DNA from: Halomicrobium mukohataei DSM 12286
GTDB lineage: Archaea; Halobacteriota; Halobacteria; Halobacteriales; Haloarculaceae
Reading direction: 5' to 3'
NCBI RefSeq assembly: GCF_000023965.1
Contig: NC_013202.1
Location: forward strand, 2,010,001 to 2,042,000
Length of the DNA stretch: 32,000 nt
The notes beneath the pieces are model-generated. The model had not been told where the DNA came from and made no database searches. It saw only the letters and a list, made by a program, of their open reading frames with translations. The translations under genes were made by a program, and so were the position numbers. Below, in pieces: positions 13,491-22,927 of the stretch (its first letter is position 1; each line of letters opens with the position of its first letter).

Positions 13491-16235
13491 TCAGACCTCG
13501 CCAGCGTCGTCGTCGATAGCCGCCAGCACGCGGTCGTGAAACGCCTGCAACACCGCGGACTCGTCTTCGGCCAGCACCACGTCGCTGGCCAGCAGCGTCG
13601 CCAGCCCGAACGCGCGGGGCGACGGCGAGTCGACGCGGACGGTCTCGACGGCGAGCTCGCCGGTCTGGATCGCGCCGGTCACGTCCTCGATCGCGCCCAC
13701 GTTGAGCTTGTCTTCCAGGATCTCGCGATACGTCTCCTCGACGACGGCGAACTCGCCCAGTTCCTCGGCGAACGAGAGCAGCATCTCGGCGTTGACCTGC
13801 TGTTCGCTGGCCGACTTCTCGTAGCCCTTGTACCGCTTGAGGATCATCAGCGCCCGCGTGGCGTTGATCCGGAAGTATCGCTGGAGCAGGTCCGTCCCGT
13901 CGAGGCTGGCCCGCAGATCCGCCCGAACCGCCGTCGGATCGATGTCGGTGACGATCCCCTCGATGTCGACTTTCCTGTTCAGCGGCATCGAGAGGGTGAA
14001 GCCGTTGTCGGCGACGGCGACCTGGACGTTGGCGCTGGCTCGCTGGGCGACGCGGTAGGCGACGAGCCGCGAGAAGCCGTCGTTGAACCGCCGTCCGTAC
14101 CCGGAGTGGACGTAGTAGTGGCGCTCGTACTCGTCGTGGTCCAGCGCGACCTCGATCACGAGCCGGTCGTCGGTCGAGACGCTCTTCGAGCCGGCGTAGG
14201 CCACCTGCTCGGAGAACATCCGCGTGATCGCACGCACGGTGTTCTCGTCCAGGGGGAACTCCCGGAGCCACAGTCGAACGGCCGGCGGGCCGCCCTCGTC
14301 GAGTCGCGACAGTAGCTGGCGCTGGAAGGCGAGGATCTCCCGGCCGAGGTCGTACGATAGCGGCAGCCGTTCAGAGAACCACGACGGGACCGTCGGCCGT
14401 GCGCTGGTCCGGTCGACGTACACCTTCGAGCCCCGACGATAGCGATACTCGAAGTTGTCGCCTCCGAGGACGAACACGTCGCCGCTCTCAAGCGTGTCGA
14501 GGTAGCCCTCGTCGAGTTGCCCGACCCACTCGTCGCCCGCCCGGGTGTACACGTCGCAGGTGAACGAGTCGGGGATCGTCCCGATGTTGGTCATGTAGAT
14601 GACGCGGGCCATCCGCCCGCGCTTGCCGATCAGGTGTTCGCCCACCGGGTACTCCTCGTAGTGGTGCTCGCCGTCGGGGGGATCGTTCGTGTCTCGCCAG
14701 ATCTTCGCGTAGACGTTCTTGTCTTCCATCCCCGGATAGTCGGCGGTGAGATACCGACAGAGCTGCTCCCACTCGTCGTCGGTGTACTCGCGATAGGGGT
14801 ATGCACGGCGGAGAATCGCCTCGACCTCGCGCTCGGGCCGGACGGCGTTGATCGCCATGCCGTAGACGTGCTGTGTCGCCACGTCCTGTGCGCGTTCGGG
14901 GACGAACACCCGGTCGACGAACCCCTCCGTTGCCTTCTTCAACATCACCGCACACTCGATCAGCTCGTCCCGGTCCAGCGCCACGACCCGTCCCGTGACG
15001 GTCTCTCCGAGCTGGTGGCCCGCTCGACCGACTCGCTGGAGGAGCGCGGCGACGGACTTGGGTGAGCCGACCTGCACGACCAGATCGACGTGGGGCATGT
15101 CGATCCCCAGCTCCAGACTCGTCGAGGTCGTCACGACGTCGAGTGTCCCCGCTTTGAGACGCTCCTCGATCTCCTGGCGGCGCTCTTTCGAGAGGCTCCC
15201 GTGGTGGCACCCGGAGTTGTCCTCCCCGTAGCCGTCGAACTCCGAGCGGAGATTGTGCAGGACTCGCTCGGCCCCCGAGCGCGTGTTCGTGAACACGAGC
15301 GTGTTCGTGTGGTCCTGAATCAGCTCGTGGAGCTGCTCGTAGAACCGCCCCTGGATCACGTCTCGCGCGGTGTCGATCAGGTCGTCGGTGGGCGTCGTCA
15401 ACTCCACGTCGAAGTCACGGGCGAAGCGCGCGTCGACGATCTCGCACTCGCGGGGCGACCAGTCGTCGCCGCCCGCGCCGTGGCGCTCACACCCGACCAG
15501 GAACCGGGCCATCTCGTCGAGTGGCTCGACGGTCGCCGAGCAGCCGATCCGGGTCGGCGAGCCGTCGGCCAGCGCCTCCAGGCGCTCCAGAGACACCGAG
15601 AGGTGGGTCCCGCGCTTGTTCTCGGCGAGGCTGTGGATCTCGTCGACGACGACGTACTCCACCGTCCGGAGCTTCTCTTTGAACTTCGGGCTGTTGAGCA
15701 AGATAGCCAGCGTCTCCGGCGTCGTGTTGAGGATGTGCGGCGTCGTCTCCAGCATCTGCTGGCGATCGCTGTCGCTCGTGTCCCCGTGGCGAATCGCGTG
15801 TCGGATCTCGACGGCCTCGCCCCGTTCGTCGAGCTTCTCGGTGATGTCGGTCAGCGGAACCGCCAGATTCCGGTGGATGTCGTTTGCCAGTGACTTCAGC
15901 GGCGAGACGTACAGACAGTAGACGCTGTTGTCGAGTGCGTCCTCGCGAGCCTTCGCGAACAGCTCGTTGACGATACCGGTAAAGGACGCGAGCGTCTTGC
16001 CGCTGCCGGTCGGCGCTGCGATCAGGGCGTTCTCCCGCTCGTGGATCAGCGGGATCGCCTCCTTCTGTGGCGGAGTGAAGAACCCCCCGTTGTGCGGAAC
16101 GAACTCGCCGAACTGCTCGACCCACCACTCCTGGACGACCGGCGCGAGCCGATCCAGCACGTCGCCGTCGTCGATCGCGACGCTCTCGGGGTCGAACTCC
16201 GGATCGACGCCCGCGAGCCGTTCGCGTCCCTCCAT
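13491..16235 (-). CDS. lhr: Lhr-family (large helicase-related) SF2 DExH-box ATP-dependent helicase
   Basis: Track ORF 13491..17285 trimmed to ATG 16235 (MEGRERLAGVD...). Motifs: FTPPQKEAI (Q), AAPTGSGKTLAS (I), VVVDEIHSL (II, DEIH), GCSATV (III), VFTNTRSGAE, HHGSLSKERR, TSTSLELGIDMPHVDLVVQVGSP and LQRVGRAGH (VI). A long C-terminal Lhr-type (DEAD_assoc-like) region follows. Confidence 0.92.
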   Translation of the reverse strand: MEGRERLAGVDPEFDPESVAIDDGDVLDRLAPVVQEWWVEQFGEFVPHNGGFFTPPQKEAIPLIHERENALIAAPTGSGKTLASFTGIVNELFAKAREDALDNSVYCLYVSPLKSLANDIHRNLAVPLTDITEKLDERGEAVEIRHAIRHGDTSDSDRQQMLETTPHILNTTPETLAILLNSPKFKEKLRTVEYVVVDEIHSLAENKRGTHLSVSLERLEALADGSPTRIGCSATVEPLDEMARFLVGCERHGAGGDDWSPRECEIVDARFARDFDVELTTPTDDLIDTARDVIQGRFYEQLHELIQDHTNTLVFTNTRSGAERVLHNLRSEFDGYGEDNSGCHHGSLSKERRQEIEERLKAGTLDVVTTSTSLELGIDMPHVDLVVQVGSPKSVAALLQRVGRAGHQLGETVTGRVVALDRDELIECAVMLKKATEGFVDRVFVPERAQDVATQHVYGMAINAVRPEREVEAILRRAYPYREYTDDEWEQLCRYLTADYPGMEDKNVYAKIWRDTNDPPDGEHHYEEYPVGEHLIGKRGRMARVIYMTNIGTIPDSFTCDVYTRAGDEWVGQLDEGYLDTLESGDVFVLGGDNFEYRYRRGSKVYVDRTSARPTVPSWFSERLPLSYDLGREILAFQRQLLSRLDEGGPPAVRLWLREFPLDENTVRAITRMFSEQVAYAGSKSVSTDDRLVIEVALDHDEYERHYYVHSGYGRRFNDGFSRLVAYRVAQRASANVQVAVADNGFTLSMPLNRKVDIEGIVTDIDPTAVRADLRASLDGTDLLQRYFRINATRALMILKRYKGYEKSASEQQVNAEMLLSFAEELGEFAVVEETYREILEDKLNVGAIEDVTGAIQTGELAVETVRVDSPSPRAFGLATLLASDVVLAEDESAVLQAFHDRVLAAIDDDAGEV

Positions 16236-16340
16236 TCGTTGTCGAGGGGTAGGACTGGGGCGACAAGTGCCTTCGGACCGCACGGTGAAAGTGAAATCTC
16301 GATTCCCAAGCGCTAACCCGTTGCCACTCCGGACTCCGGT

Positions 16341-17213
16341 ATGGACTACAGCGTCGGCTGTCCGATGGTGACTCCGTTCGAGGACGACGGCACGCTCGAT
16401 CGCGCGTCGCTCCGGTCGCTCGTCGACCACCTCGTCGCGGGCGGTGTCGACAGGCTCGTCCCCTGTGGCACCACGGGCGAGTTCGCCTCGCTGACGGATT
16501 CCGAGCGACGGACCGTCGTCGAAACGACCGTCGCGGCCGCCGACGGCCGGGCGAGCGTGATGGCCGGGGTCGGCGGGACGGCGGTCGAAGCCGTTCGCGA
16601 GCGCATCGCGGCCGCCGCCGACGCGGGTGCCGACGCGGCGCTCGTCGTCGCTCCGTACTACGGCGGCCAGGCCGCCCCTGCCGGCAACGAACGGTTCTTC
16701 GACGCCGTCGCGGCCGGCGCGTCGATCCCGCTGTACCTCTACGACATTCCCAGTGCCACCGGGCAGTCCCTCGCCGTCGAGACCGTCGCGTCCCTGGCCG
16801 AACGCGGCCGCTACGACGGTATCAAGGACTCCAGTGGCGACCTGACTCACTTCGACGAACTGCTCGACCGGACGCCCGACTCCTTCGAGGTGCTCCAGGG
16901 CTGGGACGCCCAGTACGTCCCCTCGCTGCTCATGGGTGGCGACGGCGGGATCAACGCCGTCACGCACGTCCGGCCCGCGGCCCTCGGCCGGGCCGGTAGC
17001 GCCGTCGCCGACGGGGACGTGGCCGCTGCCCGAACGGTCCAGTTCGACGAGATCGATCCCGTGTTCCGGTCGGCCGCCGAACACGGATTCGCGCCGGTCT
17101 GCAAGGCGATCCTCGCCAGGCGGGGCGTCATCGAGAACGCCGCGGTCCGTCCGCCACTGGTCGAACTCGACGACGCGACCGCCGCCGAACTGGTCGAGCG
17201 GCTGGAAGAGTAG
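16341..17213 (+). CDS. dihydrodipicolinate synthase (DapA/NAL) family class-I aldolase or lyase
   Basis: MVTPFEDDGTLD, VPCGTTGEFASLT (GTTGE motif), LYLYDIP (Y-x-x-P) and GIKDSSGD (Schiff-base Lys) are all present. The specific substrate (DapA versus KDG-type aldolase) cannot be decided by eye. Confidence 0.88.
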   Translation: MDYSVGCPMVTPFEDDGTLDRASLRSLVDHLVAGGVDRLVPCGTTGEFASLTDSERRTVVETTVAAADGRASVMAGVGGTAVEAVRERIAAAADAGADAALVVAPYYGGQAAPAGNERFFDAVAAGASIPLYLYDIPSATGQSLAVETVASLAERGRYDGIKDSSGDLTHFDELLDRTPDSFEVLQGWDAQYVPSLLMGGDGGINAVTHVRPAALGRAGSAVADGDVAAARTVQFDEIDPVFRSAAEHGFAPVCKAILARRGVIENAAVRPPLVELDDATAAELVERLEE

Positions 17214-17324
17214 ATCGTCGGCCGGTAGGATCGCCTTACCCGGCCGCTCGTTCGCTCGCTGATCGGTCAAACGTCGCTCGCACACTCCACGAGATTCATT
17301 ACACTGGCCGTCTGTGGTTTCGAT

Positions 17325-18176
17325 ATGTCGCTGTTGCCCTCCAGAGGCCCCGATACGAGTACGTCACAGGAGGGGGAACTCCAGGTCGTCGGCGTCGACG
17401 ACGAGGTGGCCCCGCTACTCGACGCGCTCAACTCCGAGACCGCCCGCGCGATTCTCAACGAGATCTACGACGAGCCGGGCACGCCGTCGGAGATCGCCGA
17501 CAGACTGGACATGTCGATCCAGAAGGTCTCCTATCACATCGAGAAGCTCGACGACCAGGACCTGATCGCCGTCGCTGGCACCCAGTACTCCGAGAAGGGC
17601 CAGGAGATGACGGTGTACCAGCCGCCGGACGATCCGACGGTGCTGTTCGTCGGGACCGAGGAGCGAAAGCGGTCCCTGACGACGATGGTCAAGCGCCTGC
17701 TGCCCGTGGTCGGCGTCGTCGCGCTCGGCAGTCTGGTCATCGAACAGCTGTTCGGCAACGGGCTCTCGGTCGGGTTCAGCTCCGCCGGGCCGTCCTCGCA
17801 GGGCGGGGACGGCGCGGGTGGCAGTGACTCCGGCGGCGTCACGAACACGACGGGCGCGACCGAGACACCGACGGAAGCGCCCGCAGACACGCCGACGCCC
17901 ACCGAAACGGCGAGCGACGGTGGCGACATCGGCATCGCGGAGGCGACGGAGACGCCCGCCGACAGCGCCACGTCGACACCGACTCCGCCACCCGAGACCG
18001 ACACGCCGGTCCCCGAGGAGGAGACGATCGATCTGGCCGCCGAAACGACCACCCAGGCCGCCGATGTGGCGGCAAGCGGCGGTCTGGAGCTCTCTCCGGG
18101 GCTGGCCTTCTTCCTCGGCGGCATGACGGTCGTCGCGGTGCTCGGCGTCTGGTGGGCGTACACGAGGAACGCTTAA
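17325..18176 (+). CDS. membrane-tethered ArsR-like winged-HTH protein with a Thr/Pro/Asp-rich linker and a C-terminal TM segment
   Basis: The HTH region is LLDALNSETARAILNEIYDEPGTPSEIADRLDMSIQKVSYHIEKLDDQDLI. TM1 is LLPVVGVVALGSLVIEQLF (aa 125-143). A roughly 100-aa T/P/E/D/G-rich low-complexity segment follows (aa about 150-255, with an NTT sequon). TM2 is PGLAFFLGGMTVVAVLGVWWAY-TRNA. Confidence 0.8.
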   Translation: MSLLPSRGPDTSTSQEGELQVVGVDDEVAPLLDALNSETARAILNEIYDEPGTPSEIADRLDMSIQKVSYHIEKLDDQDLIAVAGTQYSEKGQEMTVYQPPDDPTVLFVGTEERKRSLTTMVKRLLPVVGVVALGSLVIEQLFGNGLSVGFSSAGPSSQGGDGAGGSDSGGVTNTTGATETPTEAPADTPTPTETASDGGDIGIAEATETPADSATSTPTPPPETDTPVPEEETIDLAAETTTQAADVAASGGLELSPGLAFFLGGMTVVAVLGVWWAYTRNA

Positions 18177-18355
18177 ACTGGATTTTGAGCCACAGGTGGG
18201 GCTTTATGGGTATCCTTCGTAGGCGTATCTGCGCCGTCGGCGGGCGGTTCCCGTCACCCGCCGCCCTCGCCGATGGCCGCCGCCTGCCCATCCCGACAGA
18301 CAGTCCCGCTGACCCCATCCAAATCGCTTAGGCCCTCCACCCCGAGCGATCCGAC

Positions 18356-19126
18356 ATGCGCCTGACCTTTCTCGGAACCGGCAGCGCGATGCCGACGGGC
18401 ACCCGCTTCCAGTCCGGACTGTTGCTCGAAGACGGCTCCGATCGGCTGCTCGTCGACTGTGGCAGCGGCGTCCTCCACGCGCTCGAACGCACCGACGTTG
18501 GCTACGAGGGCGTCGACACCGTCTTGCTCACACACCACCACCTCGATCACGTCTCCGACCTCGACGTGTTCATGAAGGCGCGGTGGCTCGCGGGCGACAC
18601 CGACCTGACGATCGCCGGGCCGCCGGGGACCCGTGACCTGATCGAGGGGCTCCTCGATCTGCACGGCTACATGCGCGGCCGGCTCGACCTCACGATCGAC
18701 GAGGTCGGCGTCGATGAGCCGTTCACGCTCGCCGGCTTCGATATCGAGGCCATGGAGACGCGCCACTCGATGCAGTGTTTCGCCTATCGCTTTCAGGCCG
18801 GGGGCGAGGAGCCGGCGCTGGTCTACAGCGGGGACTCCGAGGCGTTCACGGAACTGATCGAGTTCGCGGATCGGGCGGCCGTGCTCGTCCACGACTGCTC
18901 GTTCCCGGACGAGGTGGACGTGTCTAACCACCCGACGCCCGCCCAGCTCGGGACGGTCCTGGACCGCGCCGAGGCCGCCGTCGGCCGCGTGTACCTCACC
19001 CACCTCTACCCGCACACGGAGGGCCGTCACGAGGAGATGCTGGACTCGATCGCAGCGAGCTACGACGGCGACGTTCGCTTTGCCGCCGACGGGCTGTCGG
19101 TGACGATCGATCCGACAGAGTCCTGA
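18356..19126 (+). CDS. MBL-fold metallo-hydrolase (RNase Z/ElaC-like)
   Basis: The N-terminus is MRLTFLGTGSAMPTGTRFQSGLLLE...LLVDCGSG. The HxHxDH motif is LLTHHHLDHVSD, with later His/Asp ligands (HDCSF, THLYPH). At 256 aa it is shorter than canonical haloarchaeal RNase Z, so I give only the fold-level call. Confidence 0.85.
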   Translation: MRLTFLGTGSAMPTGTRFQSGLLLEDGSDRLLVDCGSGVLHALERTDVGYEGVDTVLLTHHHLDHVSDLDVFMKARWLAGDTDLTIAGPPGTRDLIEGLLDLHGYMRGRLDLTIDEVGVDEPFTLAGFDIEAMETRHSMQCFAYRFQAGGEEPALVYSGDSEAFTELIEFADRAAVLVHDCSFPDEVDVSNHPTPAQLGTVLDRAEAAVGRVYLTHLYPHTEGRHEEMLDSIAASYDGDVRFAADGLSVTIDPTES

Positions 19127-19190
19127 CCCGCGGGAGTCTCCCCGGCACCGCGACACCGGTCGTCTCGTACGGTTGGGTGTCGGAACGTAC

Positions 19191-19223
19191 CGGTGAGCGT
19201 CTCCCCCGGTGCGACGCTCACCG
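19191..19223. repeat. perfect 11-bp inverted repeat (hairpin, 11-nt loop) in a convergent intergenic spacer
   Basis: cggtgagcgtc (19191-19201) pairs with gacgctcaccg (19213-19223). Confidence 0.8.
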
Positions 19224-19276
19224 ACAAGCAACGACAGCGTTCCGTCTCATACGGACGGTTGTCGGCGTTTACCCAG

Positions 19277-19302
19277 TCGACCGCACGCCGTCGTGCGGTC
19301 GA
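19277..19302. repeat. perfect 11-bp inverted repeat (hairpin, 4-nt loop), 28 nt beyond the histidine-kinase stop
   Basis: tcgaccgcacg (19277-19287), loop ccgt, then cgtgcggtcga (19292-19302). Confidence 0.8.
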
Positions 19303-19329
19303 TCTGGTAAAGACCTACAACTTTCCGTA

Positions 19330-20484
19330 TCAGCCACGCTGGAGCCGAACGCGGAACTCCGCGCCGCCGGCATCGCTCTCGGTGACGGTCACGTCGCCGC
19401 CGTACGACTCGGTCAGGGCGCGGACGAAGCCGAGGCCGAACCCGCTGCCGCTGCTGTCGGGGCCTTTCTCGCCCATCTCGAACAGCTCGTCGCGGACCGA
19501 CGGGTCGATGCCCGCTCCGTCGTCGGCGAAGCAGACAACCACGTCGTCGACGCCCGTCTCGACGCTCGTCCGGACCGTGACTTCTCCCTCGTTGTGGACG
19601 ACGGCGTTCGTGAGGATGTTCGTGAACACCGATTCGAGCAGGTCCCCGGCGTACACCGTCTCCTCGAATGCCGCCTTGTCGAACTCGACGGTCAGCTCGC
19701 CGTAGCCGGTCTCGGCCTCACTGACGGTCCGTTCGAGTATCGGCGCGAGGCCTCTCGGTTCCGGTTCCTCTTCTTCTTCCAGCGTCGAGACGAGGTTCCC
19801 GACCCGCTGGATCAGGTCGGCAGAGCTGTGTGCGGCCTCGTTGATCCGCTCGGCGTAGGCAGCGGTCTCGCCGTCGGCTTCGTCGGCGAGGACCTCGGAG
19901 AACCCGGTGATCACCTGCAGGTCGTTGCCCAGGTCGTGGCGCAACAGGCGGTCGTACAGTTCGACCATCTCCTTTTTCGTCTCCAGGTCCTGTCTGGCCC
20001 GTTCGAGTCGCTCCCGCGACCGGATGTTGCTGATCGCCGTCGCGGCGTGAGACGCCAGAATCTCCATCGGGCGCACGACGGTGTCGTCGAACTCGGACCG
20101 GCTCGTCGAGCGCATCACGAGCACCGCCGTCACCTCGTCGACGATCGTCGCCGGGACGGCCAGTGCCGCGGTCGTCTCCGTGTCGGTGGCGGCACGAGCG
20201 TCCGCACCGCTGGCCACCTCGGTCGTTCTGGACTCGTAGGCCCGCCGTGCCACGCTCGTCGGCGCTTCGCCGACCGACAACGCGGGATTCGTGCTGTGGA
20301 CGACCTGCAGGTCGTCGTTTCGAACTTCCACGAACGTGTTGTCGGCGGCGTCGAACAGCAGTGACATCGCTTCCAGCGTCATCGAAACGACCTCGTCGAC
20401 GCTCTCACATCGGTTCAGCGCCTGTCCGTACTTGTTGAGGTCGGCGACCTGCTTGGCGAAGTCCGTCTGGTTTTCGAATGACAT
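19330..20484 (-). CDS. sensor histidine kinase with an N-terminal GAF-like domain (no TM segment, no adjacent response regulator)
   Basis: H-box is RLLRHDLGNDLQVITGFSEVL. N-box is FTNILTNAVVHN. G1 is FADDGAGIDP and G2 is GSGFGLGFVRALTESYGGDV. The roughly 150-aa N-terminal region resembles a GAF/PAS-type sensory fold. Confidence 0.88.
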   Translation of the reverse strand: MSFENQTDFAKQVADLNKYGQALNRCESVDEVVSMTLEAMSLLFDAADNTFVEVRNDDLQVVHSTNPALSVGEAPTSVARRAYESRTTEVASGADARAATDTETTAALAVPATIVDEVTAVLVMRSTSRSEFDDTVVRPMEILASHAATAISNIRSRERLERARQDLETKKEMVELYDRLLRHDLGNDLQVITGFSEVLADEADGETAAYAERINEAAHSSADLIQRVGNLVSTLEEEEEPEPRGLAPILERTVSEAETGYGELTVEFDKAAFEETVYAGDLLESVFTNILTNAVVHNEGEVTVRTSVETGVDDVVVCFADDGAGIDPSVRDELFEMGEKGPDSSGSGFGLGFVRALTESYGGDVTVTESDAGGAEFRVRLQRG

Positions 20485-20571
20485 GCTGGTGACTGGCTCC
20501 GGTCGGTAGCTGAACTGTCAGTACCTGAAGATAGATGTCGCCAATGAAAACCGTTTCGCCCCGTTCGCCCT

Positions 20572-21639
20572 CTACTGCAGCCGATACCGCAGTAACGCGG
20601 CCACACCGCCCAGATTACGGAGCTGTTGGCCGGGGTCGAACTCGTGGGAGAAGACGGTCACGTCGCCGCCTTTCTGTTCTGTCGTCGTGACGATCTCGTC
20701 GACGTCCACGTCCCACTCGCTTTCCTCGCCTCGCTCCTCGCGGAGTCGCTCGTCGAGCACCAGCAGTTCCTCGATCGCGCCGAACTCGGCGGCCTCGGCG
20801 ACCGCGTCGGGACCGTACGCGACTTTCGCGCCCGTCGCGATGCGTTCCATCAGCTCGTCGATCAGCTCGGCTTCCTCCGCGATACGGGTCCGCTCCTGGA
20901 CGTCTTCGACCGCACCGCGCTTGAGCACCTCGTGGACGCCGCGGTCGCCGACGGCGCTGGTGTCGACGGTCGTGATCTCCGCTGCCAGATCCGGGTACTC
21001 GTCCTGAATGTACTTGAGCGCGTCCTGCTTGGTGAAGCCGGGGCCGGCGAGGATGTAGGCGTCCACGTCCATCCGCCGGAGCACGTCCGACAGCTCCGCG
21101 AACAGCTCTTCTCTCGGTCGAGCGTAGTCGCCCTTCCCCGTCGTCGAGGTGATCGACGCGCGCGACTCGGTGCCGTACTGGGCGACGGTGTGGACGTGTG
21201 CCTCTCCTTCCTCGACGGTGGCGATCGCCACGTCGGGCTGGTCGGTCGCCTCGGTCGCCTCCTCGACGCGGTCGATCTGGTCGGGCTTCCAGACCTTCTC
21301 GACCTCGATCTCGTCGTGTTCCTCGACGTTGAACGTGTGGTGGAAGTCGAGCTGGTCCTCGCGCGAACAGTCGACGATCGTGCCGCCGACGCGCAGCCGG
21401 TTGGCGAACTTCGCGAACTCCACGTCGGTGACCTCGACCGCGATCCACATGGGCTCGCGCTCCCCGCCCTTGTCGCGCAACTGATCGTCGTCGCGCTGGA
21501 TCCGCCGGGTGGTGTCGCCCGCGACGCGGTCGCCCGGCTCGATCACGTACGTCAGGTGCCACAGGTCGTCCAGCGTCTCGGGGACGAGCGTCAGCCGCTC
21601 GCGCCCGCCCTCGACCTGCTGGCGATCGGCGATGCGCAT
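20572..21639 (-). CDS. pelA: mRNA surveillance / ribosome rescue factor Pelota (aPelota)
   Basis: [51 protein letters not shown]... matches the archaeal Pelota N-terminal Sm-like domain. Length (355 aa) and the C-terminal eRF1-like region ([10 protein letters not shown]...[26 protein letters not shown]) also fit. Confidence 0.92.
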   Translation of the reverse strand: MRIADRQQVEGGRERLTLVPETLDDLWHLTYVIEPGDRVAGDTTRRIQRDDDQLRDKGGEREPMWIAVEVTDVEFAKFANRLRVGGTIVDCSREDQLDFHHTFNVEEHDEIEVEKVWKPDQIDRVEEATEATDQPDVAIATVEEGEAHVHTVAQYGTESRASITSTTGKGDYARPREELFAELSDVLRRMDVDAYILAGPGFTKQDALKYIQDEYPDLAAEITTVDTSAVGDRGVHEVLKRGAVEDVQERTRIAEEAELIDELMERIATGAKVAYGPDAVAEAAEFGAIEELLVLDERLREERGEESEWDVDVDEIVTTTEQKGGDVTVFSHEFDPGQQLRNLGGVAALLRYRLQ

Positions 21640-21686
21640 ACCGTCGAGTCGGCCCGTCGATGGTAAGTGCCCTCCGGTTTCGGCAT

Positions 21687-22898
21687 TCAGGGCTCCGTGT
21701 CGACCGCCTCGGGATCGCTCGCGTCGTCGTCGGCACCGTCGACCGCCAGCCCGAGTTCCGACTGGACCAGTTCGACGGCGTTCTCGACGGCTCCGACGCT
21801 GCCGAGATAGCCCGCGCCGACGGAGGTCTTGAGCGCGAGCGCCGCCTGGCCGGTCAGGACGCCGTCGCCGACCTGCGCGACCGCGCCGTCGCCGACGCTG
21901 ACCAGCCAGCCCAGCGAGTCGAAGGTGTACCGATCCAGCCGCGGCTCGAAGCCGCCGGCCCCGGCCAGTCGATGCTCGACCAGCGCCGTGACGTTCTCCG
22001 CGGCGACTCCGGCCTCTCGGATCGCCGCCTGCGCACTCGCCGGGACCGGCTCGCCGTCCGTGTCGACGACTCGCGCCACGTCGCCGACCGCGAAGGTCTC
22101 GTCCGCGAGCCGCAGATCGCTCCTGACGACGGGGCGCTCGTCGTCCAGCGCCGACGGTCCCTGCAGTCCACCCGTCCAGACGAGCTGGTCGTACGACAGG
22201 TCCGCCCCGTCGGCGACCGTGATCGTCTCTCCGTCGACGGCTTCGACGGTCGTCTCCGTTCGGATCTCGACGCCGCGCTGGCCGAGCTGGTCGGCGACGG
22301 CCCGCTGGAACGCCTCGGGGAAGCTCGGCGCGACGCTGTCGAGCTGTTCGAGCAGGACGACTTCGGGGCCGCTGTTGCCCTCACCGTCGCCATCGCTCTC
22401 GTGGGCTCGTGCCATCTCGACCAGTTCGCCAGCGACCTGCACTCCCGAGAGGCCGGCACCGCCGACGACGACGCGCCCGCCCTCGTCGAGCAGGCCCAGG
22501 TACCGTTCGCGGATCTCGCGGGCGTGATCGAGTCGCTTCAGCGGCGTGGCGTGCTCGCGGAGTCCCGGGATGTCGTAGAACGCCGTCTCGGCGCCGAGAC
22601 AGACCGCGCCAACGTCGTATTCGAGGTCGTCTGCGCCGTCCAGTCGGGCGACGCCTGCCTCGGGATCGACGCTCGTCACCGCCGCCTGCCTGACCTCGCA
22701 GTCGAGGAGATCCGTCAGCGGGATCGAGATTTCGTCCTCGACCGCGGGCCGGCGAACGACGCGGTGGAGTTCGTGCTGGACGACGTGGGTCTCGGACTCG
22801 TCGACGACGACGAGGTCGGCCGATTCGGGCAGCGACGATTCGAGCTTCCGGGCGAGTGTGAGGCCGGCGTAGCCAGCACCCAGGACGGCGACGCGCAT
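21687..22898 (-). CDS. NAD(P)/FAD-dependent oxidoreductase, type-II NADH dehydrogenase (NDH-2)-like
   Basis: Two Rossmann dinucleotide motifs are present: [19 protein letters not shown] and [18 protein letters not shown]. Length and the FAVGDVARV motif are typical of the pyridine nucleotide-disulfide oxidoreductase / NDH-2 family. Confidence 0.85.
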   Translation of the reverse strand: MRVAVLGAGYAGLTLARKLESSLPESADLVVVDESETHVVQHELHRVVRRPAVEDEISIPLTDLLDCEVRQAAVTSVDPEAGVARLDGADDLEYDVGAVCLGAETAFYDIPGLREHATPLKRLDHAREIRERYLGLLDEGGRVVVGGAGLSGVQVAGELVEMARAHESDGDGEGNSGPEVVLLEQLDSVAPSFPEAFQRAVADQLGQRGVEIRTETTVEAVDGETITVADGADLSYDQLVWTGGLQGPSALDDERPVVRSDLRLADETFAVGDVARVVDTDGEPVPASAQAAIREAGVAAENVTALVEHRLAGAGGFEPRLDRYTFDSLGWLVSVGDGAVAQVGDGVLTGQAALALKTSVGAGYLGSVGAVENAVELVQSELGLAVDGADDDASDPEAVDTEP

Positions 22899-22927
22899 AC
22901 CGTCAGTTGGGCCTGACCGCGTATGAA

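Noticed and set aside
12914-14271. Upstream extensions of the two bPH_2 ORFs (11264..13417 and 12910..14271)
   Set aside because: The extensions are Arg-rich junk overlapping the neighbouring real genes. The internal ATGs at 12913 and 13371 give canonical TM-hairpin N-termini and an ATGA coupling.
16236-17285. 350-aa N-terminal extension of the Lhr ORF (13491..17285)
   Set aside because: The extension runs antisense through the DapA-family gene, which has clear GTTGE and IKDSSGD motifs. The helicase Q-motif begins shortly after Met at 16235, so the start was trimmed.
18090-18176. Calling the C-terminus of the HTH protein a bona fide PGF-CTERM/ArtA sorting signal
   Set aside because: The motif is PGL rather than PGF. 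The protein lacks a Sec/Tat signal peptide, and the terminal basic patch is minimal (TRNA). It is reported only as a resemblance.
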